The notes below the pieces were generated by a model. The model was not told where the DNA came from. It was given only the letters and a program-made list of their open reading frames with translations, and searched no databases. A stretch of DNA of 32,000 nucleotides from Wallemia ichthyophaga EXF-994 (lineage: Eukaryota > Fungi > Basidiomycota), in contig NW_008806289.1 in assembly GCF_000400465.1 (NCBI RefSeq), positions 90,001-122,000 on the forward strand, given 5' to 3'. Position numbers and translations under genes: made by a program. Positions 1-11,246 of this stretch are shown here, in pieces. Each line of letters starts with the position of its first letter. Position 1 is the first letter of the stretch.

Positions 1-1
1 T

Positions 2-643
2 AAGCAGCCGCAGACCCAATCACCATCCACTCCAGTTACCTCCCTCATGTTTGTTGAGTTGGAGAGACGCCTGGACCACCTCCTCTTCAGAAGCTGCATG
101 GCTAGCTCCATCTACCAAGCCAGAAGCATCATCACTCAAGGGCACGTAACTCTTAATGGTTACAAGCACAATGATCCAAACACTCGCCTTGATCCTGGTG
201 ATTTGGTTGGGTGCAATCCACGCCTTGTTGCGACTTTGAGGAGTGAAAGTGGTGAAAAAGGGGGTGAAAATGAGGAGACTGAAGAAATTCAAGGAGGCGA
301 GCTGAATGAGAAATCTGAAAACCCTCAGCAACCTCCTCAATCATCTCAATCACCCCTCCCCTTCCACCTCCCAAACTACGCTTCCCCTTTCCTCTTCATT
401 CCTCCTTATATAGAACCCTCCTTCCAAACTTGCAGCTTCATTTACCTCCGCCACCCAACCGCACGCCCAGGCTACTCTGAAATTCCCTCTCCATACGCTG
501 CAGACGGTGACGTAATGAAATTGGCTTGGGAGTGGTACGTTGGCAGACAGATTAGAGCGCGCAATCTCGGCAGCGGGCCGTGGGGTGGTCCACGTCGTCC
601 TTCCGGTACCAAACGCGGCAAAGGTGAGGAGAGACGTGGTTAG
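2..643 (+). CDS. NAM9: Mitochondrial ribosomal protein uS4m, 3' part (5'-truncated by window edge)
   Basis: S4 RNA-binding motif ERRLDHLLFRSCMASSIYQARSIITQGHVTLNG; frame is open from position 2; C-terminal PHYASP/YIEPSF-type and HPTARPGYSEIPSPY segments resemble fungal Nam9. Confidence 0.85.
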   Translation, partial: KQPQTQSPSTPVTSLMFVELERRLDHLLFRSCMASSIYQARSIITQGHVTLNGYKHNDPNTRLDPGDLVGCNPRLVATLRSESGEKGGENEETEEIQGGELNEKSENPQQPPQSSQSPLPFHLPNYASPFLFIPPYIEPSFQTCSFIYLRHPTARPGYSEIPSPYAADGDVMKLAWEWYVGRQIRARNLGSGPWGGPRRPSGTKRGKGEERRG

Positions 644-794
644 ATAGTTATAAAATTGAGTCAAATTTCCACTCTTTCCATTTATCCATATTATCAATGT
701 TAGTGGTGTAATTGATGGTTTTACTACTATTATTATTGCTAAATGCTACATTACTCCTACATTCTATGCCAGATTACTTGTGAGATGACTCCTT

Positions 795-2954
795 CTAGTT
801 GCCATGCCTGGCGAGAAACTCATTCACCTTGGACATATCCGCACTAGCATCACTCTCTACAGCCTCGAGTAACTCTCCTAACATCCCTTCGACTTGCTCT
901 TCGGGAACGCCAGTGCATACGCTCACTATCGACTTGTATTTAACCTCCTTAGAGGCGCTGAGACCATCGATCGATGCGACACGCTCCTCTGTCAACTTCT
1001 GCGTGCCGTTCATCCACCGGTGAAGCTTTTGGAGATGGTGTAGTGTTTCAGGTGTGTCAGGTGTTTGTGCGCTGCTCGTCATGACGTCGGTCTCCCAAGG
1101 TGATTTGAGGTCTTCACTATTGTGCTCTGTATTTTTTGCACCCTCCACATCCTGTGTACTCTCACCTTTTAACGTCCACACTCCCACACCCTCATTCGCA
1201 ATCGCCTCCTCAACATTCCTCACTTTCTGCTCAAGTTCCGCCCTCTGCGTCGCTTTGGTCTCCCAATAAGCTATCTCCTTACGCACATCGGCGAGTTCGT
1301 GAGAGTGCTGTTTAAGATCAGCCTGTATTTCGAAGAGGAGTTTGTTCTTCGCCGCCACCTCCACACCGAAGGAGCGGTCAAGGTCGCTTAGCACACCCTC
1401 CAATCTGCGCATGACGTGCGTGCTGCTATCGACGTGCACTGGCGGGGGTGGGTGGAGGTTAGCGAGCATTTCATCAGCGCTGGGATGGGTGTGGGATTGA
1501 GTGTTGGGATTAAATTGTGATACCTCCTGCGAGCTAGAGCTAGAAGTAGCGAGAGACTGGAAGAGAGCGTATGAGTGATAATCTTCAAAAACACCCCTAC
1601 TCACCTCAACGACGCCGAAATCGCCCGCTTTCAAACCGAGTTTATTGGGAGTGGTAGTATTAGCACCAGCATCAACTAGCATCTGTACGAGATGGCGATT
1701 ACCCACTCTGGCTGCGATATTGAGAGCCGTATCGCCATGCTCGTCTTGGACATCAACAAGGGATGAGTAATCGCCCTGTTCACACCTAGCGACATACTCG
1801 AGGAGCGTTTCCATATAGTAGCGCGCGCTGGCTGCACGCCCGGCTACTGCGCTGATGAGAGCGATGTGGTGGAGGACAGTTCGACGAGCGCGGTCGACGA
1901 CGCGGATTGTGTCCGCGAGAAGATGGAGTAGCTGGGAGAAGGCACGTCGTTCGTAGCTGTCCACTACTAGCACGGATCGCTCGAGCGGTGTCTCACCTGC
2001 GATATTGCCGCGCGTTCCATCACACCGCTTTGACAGCAGGTGGCGTACTGTCGCTACGCGCCCCAGAGACGCTGCCCAGTGTAATGCCGTATGACCTAGC
2101 TCGTCTATTGCTAAATCTGGATGTAGCGCACCGTTGGTAGGGTCAAGAATAGCTATGCTGTCGGGGAGAGTGTCTGTAGGGGGAGCTTGGAAGAGGGAAG
2201 TGAGGGCGTGTTGGGTGCGCGTTAGGATCTGGGCGGAAGTCCCGGGCGGTGGTTGGTAAGGTTTCTTGTGGAGGGTTGGGTGCTTGGAGTTGGATGAGTG
2301 GGTGTGAGGGACCACCTCCTTCCTCCCCAAGCCGTCATCGTTGGGATCGTCTACACCGCCAACGTAAATGCCGCTGGTGCGTGCGTTGTGGAGGGAGAGG
2401 AGGCTATTGTGGTGCAAGGTTGAAGTAGGAGAGAGAGGAGAAGGAGTTTTGTGAGTCGAAGCAGGAGTTTGGGTGTGGGTAACGTCATTCTGCGCTCGGG
2501 CTCGCTTATTGGGACTCTTGGCTGTGCGGCCACCTGCACTGCTCACAGCTGCAGGATCGAAATCGAAAATGGGAGCTAGGAGGTGCTCGGATGAGTAGGC
2601 AGCAGCAAGCTCACGGCCTCTTTCAAAGGGAATCCAAGTGCCTTGGTATTTGCCGTAGCCGCCTTGGATCTTCTCGTGGAGACCAGCGAGGATTTCACGC
2701 TCGAGGATCTTTGTGCGTTTGCCCTTGTCGACGCCGGCCACTTTGAGAATTTGTGTGGCGTTCATGTAGCCATCAGCACGTCTGCGCATTACAGCTATAC
2801 CGCGTATCATAGCTTCGTAGACCCCGACGCCCGAGTAGACAGCCGAGTAGATACGTGGAGCGGGTTTCGCGGGTTTCTTGGTGGATGGCGGATGGGGCGT
2901 GGTTGGGGAAGCGGGATTATTTAATTTATTCATCTCCATCTCCGCGTTGTCCAT
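795..2954 (-). CDS. MBP1: APSES/KilA-N plus ankyrin-repeat G1/S transcription factor (MBF/SBF subunit, Mbp1/Res1/Res2-like); probable intron 1557..1604
   Basis: KilA-N motifs VMRRRADGYMNATQILKVAG and HEKIQGGYGKYQGTWIP; ankyrins GHTALHWAASLGR and GDTALNIAARVGN; C-terminal coiled coil. Intron has a GTGAGT donor and a CTCTTCCAG acceptor, 48 nt, in frame. Mbp1 versus Swi4/Res paralog identity is uncertain. Confidence 0.85.
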   Translation of the reverse strand: MDNAEMEMNKLNNPASPTTPHPPSTKKPAKPAPRIYSAVYSGVGVYEAMIRGIAVMRRRADGYMNATQILKVAGVDKGKRTKILEREILAGLHEKIQGGYGKYQGTWIPFERGRELAAAYSSEHLLAPIFDFDPAAVSSAGGRTAKSPNKRARAQNDVTHTQTPASTHKTPSPLSPTSTLHHNSLLSLHNARTSGIYVGGVDDPNDDGLGRKEVVPHTHSSNSKHPTLHKKPYQPPPGTSAQILTRTQHALTSLFQAPPTDTLPDSIAILDPTNGALHPDLAIDELGHTALHWAASLGRVATVRHLLSKRCDGTRGNIAGETPLERSVLVVDSYERRAFSQLLHLLADTIRVVDRARRTVLHHIALISAVAGRAASARYYMETLLEYVARCEQGDYSSLVDVQDEHGDTALNIAARVGNRHLVQMLVDAGANTTTPNKLGLKAGDFGVVEVSRGVFEDYHSYALFQSLATSSSSSQEVSQFNPNTQSHTHPSADEMLANLHPPPPVHVDSSTHVMRRLEGVLSDLDRSFGVEVAAKNKLLFEIQADLKQHSHELADVRKEIAYWETKATQRAELEQKVRNVEEAIANEGVGVWTLKGESTQDVEGAKNTEHNSEDLKSPWETDVMTSSAQTPDTPETLHHLQKLHRWMNGTQKLTEERVASIDGLSASKEVKYKSIVSVCTGVPEEQVEGMLGELLEAVESDASADMSKVNEFLARHGN

Positions 2955-2994
2955 CTCCGAGATAATTGAAGATGGTCGTTGGTTACAAACAACG

Positions 2995-5900
2995 ATGATT
3001 AAAAATCTGGGAAAAGCGAATTACGATTACAGCGCAGGCGATAGCGATGAGATGAGCGTGGCTGAAGGCGGATACCTGTTGATTCTCGATGACAGTGAGG
3101 CTGAGTGGGTACCATCTCTATTGCGCCCGACACCCACTCATCCAACCCAGATGGCTCCTATGCAAAGCCACCGACTCTGATCAATCAGGGCTCGTTCCTG
3201 GGAATTATTTGGAACTCGTTCAGCCATCTCTGACACTGAAAGCTGTGTATGAATACACCGCTAACAGCGACGACGAGTTGTCATTCGCAGAGGATGATTT
3301 GTTAGATATCTACAACCCAGTCGACGGCGACGATTGGTTGTTGGCTAGTAGACGCGCCGACACCCAATCTGGTTTGGGTTATATCCCTGCCAATTATACC
3401 CAAGAATGTAGCCCAGGACAGAGCACAGATGTTGCACCAGAAATCCCCACCGGAAACCCCCAAGAACACACCCCAGAAACACCCCACGAAACAACCCCCG
3501 AACCCCCGGTTTACCAGCCATCGGTCGCTGAACTCGGCCCTCCACCCGCGCATCCCTCCAGATCTTCCCAACCTTCCCAAAAGAGCAGCAACCAACAAGA
3601 CCCCATCCAAACCTGGCCAATTACCTCCATCGACGCCAAGAAGAAGCGTAAGGGTACCCTCGGCATCGGAAACGCTGCTCTCTTCTTCTCCTCCGACAAC
3701 GACAAGAACCCCGTCGAACAATTCTCCTTGTCTGACTTATCCACCTTCCACATCGACAAGAATCGTCTTTACGTCTCTTTCTCCACTCAATCCCTCGAAT
3801 TCCTCGCTTCTGACCGCAAATTCATGCCCGAGATCGATCACAAGATACGCTACAGCTCCAATTTAATCAACAACAACCTCGACCTCGATGATGCTGTCGT
3901 TGACGGTGATAACCAAATCAACTCCGATAACTCCGATGACGAACCTCTTTCCAACAAGACATCAAAAGGCGTTCACTTTAAAGAAACCCCTCCATCTCCC
4001 ATCGAAGCCCCTCAGTATTCTTCTGACGACAACGAAACTAGTACTCCCGACGATCCTCCCGCTATCGCTATCGCCCTGTACGACTTTGCAGCTGAATCCG
4101 ATGACGAGCTGAGCGTTAAAGAGGGTGACCGTGTTCTCGTCCTCGACAGAGTATCCAGTCTCGACTGGTGGACATGCAAGCAACACATGAATGAAGGTGT
4201 CATTCCCGCCTCCTACTTGCGAATAATTGAGGAGAATGTGAGTGTGGACAAGTCATCAAGCCAGCCGACGTCGAAATCGCAACCCGAACACGAACAAAAC
4301 CACGATCCCGAAGAAGAGGCTATGAAGAGGGTGATTGCCGAGACACACAAACGCAACGAAGCATCAACGCTCGCGATGGATGTCGCCCCTGCTCATCACC
4401 CGTCCCGCCATCAATCAAAGAATGACAGGCAGTCCAAGCAGGGCAAAGGAAGACAATCACCCACTCACAAACCTAAACCTAACCCCGCTAACCTCCGTCT
4501 GTGGCATGATAAAACGGGACAGTTTAAAGTTGACGCCGAGTTCCTCGGCTTGCGCGATCATAAATTACGCCTGCTCAAGGTTAATGGCGTCACTATAGAG
4601 GTACCCCGCGAGAAAATGTCCAAGCCCGATCTCGACTATATAGACGGGAAAGGGGGTGATAGTGGTAGTGGGAGTGACAGTGGGAGTGACAAGAGTGAAA
4701 GCGAGAGCGGAAGCGAAAACAAGAGACAGAGTAAAAGCAATACACGAAGGGCGCACAAAGTCAAACCAACACGACCAACCCAGCCATTCGATTGGTTTGA
4801 TTTCTTCCTACAAGCCGGCTGCGGTGTAGATGAGTGTGACCGCTACGCACGCAATTTCGAGCGGGACAGGATGGATGAGGGAATATTACTAGACATCGAT
4901 AGCAGCACGCTACGCACACTAGGGTTGAAAGAAGGGGATATCCTGCGCGTCAACAAGGCTATCTCGGCTCGACGTCTCGCTAGCGGTGACGGGGTTGTGA
5001 GTAAAGAGGAGCAAATACGACGCGATGAGGCGTATGCGCGCCAGCTTGAACAGGAGGCTGCACCTCCACCTAACCTCTTCGCTAGTGGTCCAGGAGGTGT
5101 ACTTAAGAACACGCGTAGAGGTAGACCTACACCACGCTCTCCGGTGAATGACCAGATAGACGAGGGGAGTATTAGCGTGGCTAAGGAGTCACTGAGTAGT
5201 GGTAATGGTGGGGCTGGCAATTTGGGTCAAGATGTGAATCTGTTGGATCTGCACGATGCCAATGATGCAAATACTAATAATACTAGCAATAACAACAGCA
5301 ACCCCAAGAGAAGCTCTTCGACTACCCCCCTCACAAGCGGCTTCGATGATGATGCCTGGACCGTGAGGGATAATGTGCAGAGCAAGATCGCCGACACACC
5401 TTCACCCATATCGGCCGAGACAATAACAAAGAATGAGAGTGTATCGCCGGTGCCAGCGTCAGCTACAGGAGCAGGAGGAGCCACAGAACCCACACAACCA
5501 CTCCAGCCGCAACCAACCAATACCCTTAACACCCCACATAACCCCAACTCGATGGATAGCATCATGGCGAAAATCGCAGCGAACAAACAGGCGCAGAACG
5601 ACGCAGCACACAAGGCGCAACAGGAAGCACAAGCTAGAGAGCTAGCGGAGCTGCGTGTGCAACAGGACAGATTACAGAACCAGCTGCAGGCGTTGCAGAT
5701 GTCGCAGTCGCAGCAGCAGCAGGCGCAACCTCAACCCCAACAACCAATGCAAACAGGATTACCGATACCATCACACTTACCAGCACACATGCAAATGCAA
5801 GCTCCCGCCAAGGGCCCTGTTGCACCACTTCCTCAAAACCAGAGCCTGCTGCAGCCACTCATACCGACGAATACAGGGCTCAGTTTTAGACCCACCTCCA

Positions 5901-6383
5901 CATCTGCATCCGCATCCGTATCACCGGGTTTGACGCCGCAGCAGACTGGACTCATGCCACAGCAGACGGGAATGCAGGGAATGCAGGGTATGCAGGGTAT
6001 GCAATCACAGATGCAACCACAGATGCAGCCTCTCCACCCCCAACTTACATCCATGCAGGGATTCACTCAGCAGATGCAGCCCAAGCCGGGTTTGGCTAGC
6101 CCTGCCAGCCCAGTCACCTCACCTACATCCACTAGCTCAAACCAATACAACCCAAGCTCAGTCTTTGCAAGCATGCGTTCGGGGCAGTTTGACGCAGGCG
6201 GTGCAGGTAATACCCCTCCTCAACCAGCTCCCAGCGACCGCTATGATGCTCTCAGAGCCCAGCCGACGGGTGAGTGCGGCTGTCACACATCAACACATAG
6301 ATATACTTACAATTAGAACAGGCATGGGCTACATGATGCCCCAGCAGACAGGATACATGAATAGCAGCTATAGACCATACTGA
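2995..6383 (+). CDS. SLA1: Endocytic adaptor Sla1; exons 2995..3104, 3151..6269, 6322..6383
   Basis: Three SH3 domains (KANYDYSA.., KAVYEYTA.., IALYDFAA..); SHD1 (LRLWHDKTGQFKVDAEFLG); SHD2/SAM-like (FDWFDFFLQAG..GLKEGDILRV); LLDL clathrin box; QQTG repeats. Introns 3105..3150 (GTGGGT..CAG) and 6270..6321 (GTGAGT..CAG) restore frame. Confidence 0.92.
5931..6030 (+). repeat. Coding micro-repeats in SLA1 (PQQTG x2, MQG x3, MQPQ)
   Basis: atgcaggg(a/t) tandem units and cagcagac(t/g)gg units; the TG-containing repeats are typical of Sla1/Pan1 tails. Confidence 0.7.
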
Positions 6384-6448
6384 GTGGCGAGTGAAGAGAA
6401 AGAAAATGTAACGAAAGGAAAAGGATTGAATAAATAAGAAAACTACAT

Positions 6449-7123
6449 CTAAAAACAAGGTAGTGTGTCATGAGCAGCGCCCACACCCAACGCTACACCT
6501 CTCAGCTTGTCATAGGCCGTGTCCAGTGAGTCGTTGACGATAACATGGTCAAATGCGCCAGTAGCGGCGTAATCGAGTTCACTTTTGGCAGCATCCAGTC
6601 TACTTTTCAGACTATCCTCACTCTCCGACCCCCTCTTAGCTAGCCTGCCTGCGAGTATATCGAGACTGGGAGGCGATACAAAGACAAAGGTGGGCTGGAG
6701 GTCACGATGGAGTGCCTTGATAGACCTCACGCCTTGCGCGTCTATGTCCAGAATACATCTCCGCTGCTGCTTGCCGACCTCTGCGACCGCTTTGGCGGAA
6801 GTACCGTAGAAGTTGTTGGAGAAGACGGCGTGCTCGATAAACGAACCCGAGTGAATCAGCTTCTGGAAGACATCCTTGTTGACAAAGTGGTAGCTCTGGC
6901 CGAGTGTCTCGCCGTCGCGCGGCTGGCGTGTCGTGTCTGCGTGATTGCATCAGGATGAGAATCACCGCGTGCAACTCGCATGTCACCCACGGCTAATCGA
7001 GAAACCAAAGTCGTTAGGGTACTCGTCGAATAGACGCCCCAGGAGCGTTGACTTCCCGCTCCCGGATGGCCCGCACAGGATGAGTGGTGAGAGTGGCACG
7101 CGCGCGCTTACGGATGCGCTCAT
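6449..7123 (-). CDS. GUK1: Guanylate kinase; intron 6937..6990; about 206 aa
   Basis: Reconstructed P-loop LILCGPSGSGKST, then FSIS|HTTRQPRDGE, YHFV, FIEHAVFSNNFYGT, CILDIDAQGV, FVSPPS and IVND motifs. Confidence 0.93.
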
Positions 7124-8027
7124 TTGCGGACTGCCTCGTCTTGGTGGTTGGGGTTAGAGAGACCAAGTGATGATAGCAAACTTGTTAGGAATATCGCTCA
7201 AAGCGGACTTTAAACGGACTGTCAGGTCTTTTTGAAGGTCGGAGAGAGTTGAACGAGTGAGATAAATAGCGCAAATTATTTACAGGGAAAGGGTATACCC
7301 GCCTTACTATGGCCGCAAGACGCCGAAACGCAAGGAAAAGAGGAAAGGGGTGTGGTCCGCTTAAATATCGCAGCGGTGGTTGATAAGCTCGTGAATTGTG
7401 CCTTGTGTTTGTTGTGTTTCACGAACCGTCTACTCTCGTTCCTAGTCACGCGTCTAAAGACGTACACACACAAAATTGTACAAATGAAGGAATAGGATGT
7501 AATGTATGCATCTGGTGCGTTCCAGTTGGATCAGCGAATGGATCTTCTGCGTTCTTTGGCGTTTCCTCCATCCTTTGTTTCTGTTGTGCAAAAAATTTTG
7601 GTATAGACGAGCTCGATTGGCGGAATTTTGATTAGCTTGATTTGCTTGTAGGATTAGGTGGCTGTATGTGCTGTATAAGTTATGGTTTTCGCGGATTTAA
7701 TGCACCAATCACAGCACCACTCCCGCAATAGTGATAGAGCTGCTTGAAACGGCTATAATGTGGGTTCTCCCCACACAGCGATTGCAGCACCGCTCTGAGT
7801 TTCTTCTTCACTTTGGCATCGTAGCTTGGATCAGATGCGATCAGCCGGAATTGTGCCTCAAGTACGCTGTCTGAGAGATCACCGCTTGAGACGCCGTCAG
7901 GTACGCAGCTAATGAATAACTAAGCGTGGTAATTTAGCAGCGGTAGACATAGGAGAAACCGGGAGAAATGAGGGGGAATAGAATAAAAAGGCTCAAATTG
8001 TTTAGAATGCTTATTTGATTGTCTTTA

Positions 8028-9066
8028 TTACAAATTATCTGGACTGAGAATAGCCTCGTAACTCCCACTGAGATGGCTGAGCATATCCTGCGTTATCATA
8101 CTGCGTCCACTGTCTGCGTATGTTCTGCGACTGCACTCGCGCGTGAATGCAGCTGCACCGTAAGCAGCGTACAGCTCTATGTCTTGGTGAGGCACTTGAA
8201 TTTTTTTGTGGCTGGAAAGAGTGAGGAGAGTGAGCTGGTGAGATAAGATAACAACTCACCTGCCAATTCCATTCGCATATACCACACCCCACGCTAGCAT
8301 TGTGCCTGTAGCACCACTAAGCACGTCACCTTGACCACCACAGCGTTTCAAGCTGCCGGGAGCATCAACAGTAAGAACATGTCTACCATTCGTGATGCAA
8401 TCCACAGCGCCTTTCTGCAGCACTGTAACACCTCCCAGCTTCTGTGAGACTTGCTTGGCGACTTTACCATCTTCTAGTGCATCAACACCTTGATCAATAC
8501 CCAGAACCCCACAAAGACGCTTCATTTCCATAACGTTGGGCGTGATAATAGCGTTGGGATAACCAGTCAGTGACTCTGGGTGGTTGTTGAGGTACCACAA
8601 TCCATCTGCATCGATGACGAGGGGGATATTGCGGCTTCGTGCGGCGGAAATAGCAGCACCAGCGCAAGCCTGCATGTGCTCATCCCGCCCCAGGCCTGGA
8701 CCTACAACAAGGACGTGCAATCGGGCGACGATGTCGTCGATTGCTGTGCGGATGTGCTCGATAGGGTCATCCTCTGCTAGTACCCTGTGCACTATCAAAT
8801 CGGGTGCATATGTCTTGATCGCATCGCCTGCTTTTGGCTCGCAGATTATGTGGGCCAGGTCGACACCTATGCGCATCGCAGACATGGCACAGAAGAATGG
8901 CGCACCTGTGTAGTCCTTGCTGCCGCCAACGACGCCGAGTCTGCCTGAGGTGGTGTTTGTGGGTGTGTACATGCATACACGTATTCTACGCACCTGCTTG
9001 GCCTTTATGGAGAGAAGGGGAAAGCGGCGGTACTAATGCTCTGGCTAGTTGGATTGGTTTGGACAT
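8028..9066 (-). CDS. ATP-dependent NAD(P)HX dehydratase (YjeF C-terminal, CARKD/NAXD, YKL151C-like); introns 8945..8993 and 8212..8259
   Basis: HKGQAG|RLGVVGGSKDYTGAPFF, VGPGLGR, LVIDADGL, ITPNVME, KRCGGQGDVLSG. The last exon reads LYAAYGAAAFTRECSRR..GRSMITQDML. Confidence 0.9.
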
Positions 9067-9368
9067 GATAGTATATAAGGCTATCGATTGGATATCCATT
9101 TGGTGATGTAATGTGAGTACATTTTGAGTTTTGTGGTTTTGAAAGGGTTCAGTGTATAGATTTAGTACTCCATATAATATGCATTCATTACACAAAGTGT
9201 TTTCAACGCTTGATTCAATTTCACCGCTTAAAATTCAACCAATCAGCGTTCGAGTAGACAAAGAAGACGGCGAAACTAGCGGTATAGAGAGTGCACAATT
9301 AGCAGCCACTCTGATACATCCAAGGACATGATCAAATACACAATACTCCTTCAACAGCAACAACCACG

Positions 9369-10352
9369 ATGATAACACTAGGTGCGATTCGTTGTAGGCG
9401 TGTAGTCAGCCTGCCACGTGCACAGCGCCCGCGACTGCCACAGCTAGCACTCTACTCAACAAACCCTAAGGAAAGTACCTCACAAGCACAAAAACTAGAC
9501 AGCGTCGTCCTCCCACCACCACGCGCTGATGCATCGCTGGCTGGTCGGTGGTGGCATAAGGGCAAGACTCTCGTTATCTTCTACTGGCGTGGCATCAAGC
9601 AGATATGGCTCAACCGCCAAGTTGTACGCCAAATAGAAGCCAGGCAACAGTCACACCCACTTACCCACAGAGAATTTCAACTAGTAAGCACCCATAAGAA
9701 GGATATAAAGAAATTAGTCCCTTTCGCTATCCTCTTTGTCCTCCTAGAAGAGATTATCCCCCTCATCGCATACCTCGCGCCTCAAGTCTTGCCTTCTACC
9801 GTCGTACTCCCATCGCAGAAGGTCTCAATCAGGAGGGCTGTCGAGCGCAGGCAGAAATCTGCTCTGGAAACCTACCGCAACGCCTACAATGAAGCCACTC
9901 GGCGACAATTGGAATCGGGGTTGAGTGGTGGTGTACACATGTCCCCTCACCAAGTCACTCTCTTTCTCAAACTACTCGACCTCTCTACCAAAGGTACTTC
10001 TTCCATGCGCCAGAAAAGACTAGAGAGGTACTTGGCCCATATATCCCAAGATGATGAGTGTATTCTCGGCCAGGAGGTGGAGAATATCAAAGCTACTGCA
10101 TTTTTATCCGAAGGTGAAGTAAGTGATGCATGCAGCGCAAGAGGATTGTGAGTTGTTTGTACTGCCTGGCTGTTATACCTTTCTTACACGCCCCTCAGCC
10201 TCACATTAGACGTTAAAGACGAGGATCTCACCAAATTGCTCAACCAGTGGCTTCATCATCGCCATTCAGATAATATATATAAGCCATTACACCTAATCCT
10301 CAACCAGTCTGGTTACAGTAACGATCATCTTCACATTAAGGATACAAAGTGA
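9369..10352 (+). CDS. LETM1-domain (LETMD1-like) mitochondrial inner-membrane protein; intron 10148..10198
   Basis: Arg-rich, acid-poor presequence-like N-terminus; FYWRGIKQIW, LTHREFQL, DIKKLVPFAIL..EEIIPL..PQVLPST is the LETM1-family pattern. Confidence 0.75.
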
Positions 10353-10460
10353 AAAGTGAAAAAGTGAAAATAATTTGTTCCAGTTACATTAAAGAGATAA
10401 AAAGATATATTAAAAATCCAAGGTTTTGAAAGGTTTTGTGTCTTTCTATGATACATATAT

Positions 10461-11075
10461 TCAATCAAGCAACCTCCTCCGCTTGGCTGCGCTGTTGTGT
10501 AGACTTGCGACAGGACTATCCCACTCATCCTCGCATTCGAGCATACGCTTCCCATGCGCTTTAGATGCTGATTGTGGTGTGAGTTGCGGGGCTGCTGTGT
10601 ATTTGTATGTCGGTGTCTCATCGTTCTTGAGGCCATTAATACTGTCAACATCCTCTGAAATGCGCTGATTTGAAATCATTGGTGGTCTTCGCATTGGGCT
10701 TTTGAAAGTCCCTATTGATGGAGGATTTTCATTCTCGTCAACTACAGCGATAGAGTCATCGTCAGTCTCACTATCAGCCACGCTATCAGCCTCGTTATCG
10801 ATCTGCGGGTGATCAAAGCTGGCATGTTGCTGTGGGCTGAGTGTTCCTGGAGTATTAAAAACACTATTATCACCCACATCCTCCTCTGCCTCTTCAAAGA
10901 TAGTCCAGCTACCACTGACAGCCCCGGGATTCGGACTGCGTGGGGACGGCAGCGCTCCTTCTGAGAAACTGTTTGGTGTGCGCTGAAATATCCCCTCTAT
11001 TGGCCTGCTACGTGCAAGTGGTGAGCTCCTGACTATCTTCCGCAGAGGTATCTCCTTTAAAGGTCGCCGTTGCAT
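10461..11075 (-). CDS. Uncharacterised 204-aa disordered protein with 10 S/T-P sites and degron-like motifs
   Basis: Single 615-nt ORF filling an otherwise empty slot between two genes; no recognisable domain; basic C-terminus KRRRL. Confidence 0.7.
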   Translation of the reverse strand: MQRRPLKEIPLRKIVRSSPLARSRPIEGIFQRTPNSFSEGALPSPRSPNPGAVSGSWTIFEEAEEDVGDNSVFNTPGTLSPQQHASFDHPQIDNEADSVADSETDDDSIAVVDENENPPSIGTFKSPMRRPPMISNQRISEDVDSINGLKNDETPTYKYTAAPQLTPQSASKAHGKRMLECEDEWDSPVASLHNSAAKRRRLLD

Positions 11076-11246
11076 TTCAACGAAACAACACAGCGATTAA
11101 GTTTGTTCGTTAACTGACGTCGGAATGGAAATTTATTTTTAATTCAAACCCGCAAATTGAACTCCTTCGACGGAAAAAACAGTTCTCGACGGAACCGGTA
11201 GGTGCCTGGATGTGATTATAAACAGTGAACATTATAAACCATGTAA

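Noticed and set aside
3302-6066. Numerous 60-145 aa overlapping or antisense ORFs within SLA1 (and similar ones in MBP1, MDM34, MAS1, AIR, STE11)
   Set aside because: Shadow frames of low-complexity, GC-balanced coding sequence; no domain motifs or independent gene signals.
7230-7250. GAAGGTCGGAG resembling RNase P CR-I or SRP helix 8
   Set aside because: No complementary CR-V partner or paired GNRA hairpin found nearby.
8235-8259. Apparent 25-nt micro-intron in the NAD(P)HX dehydratase gene
   Set aside because: That acceptor is out of frame; the acceptor at 8212 gives a normal 48-nt intron and restores the conserved C-terminus.
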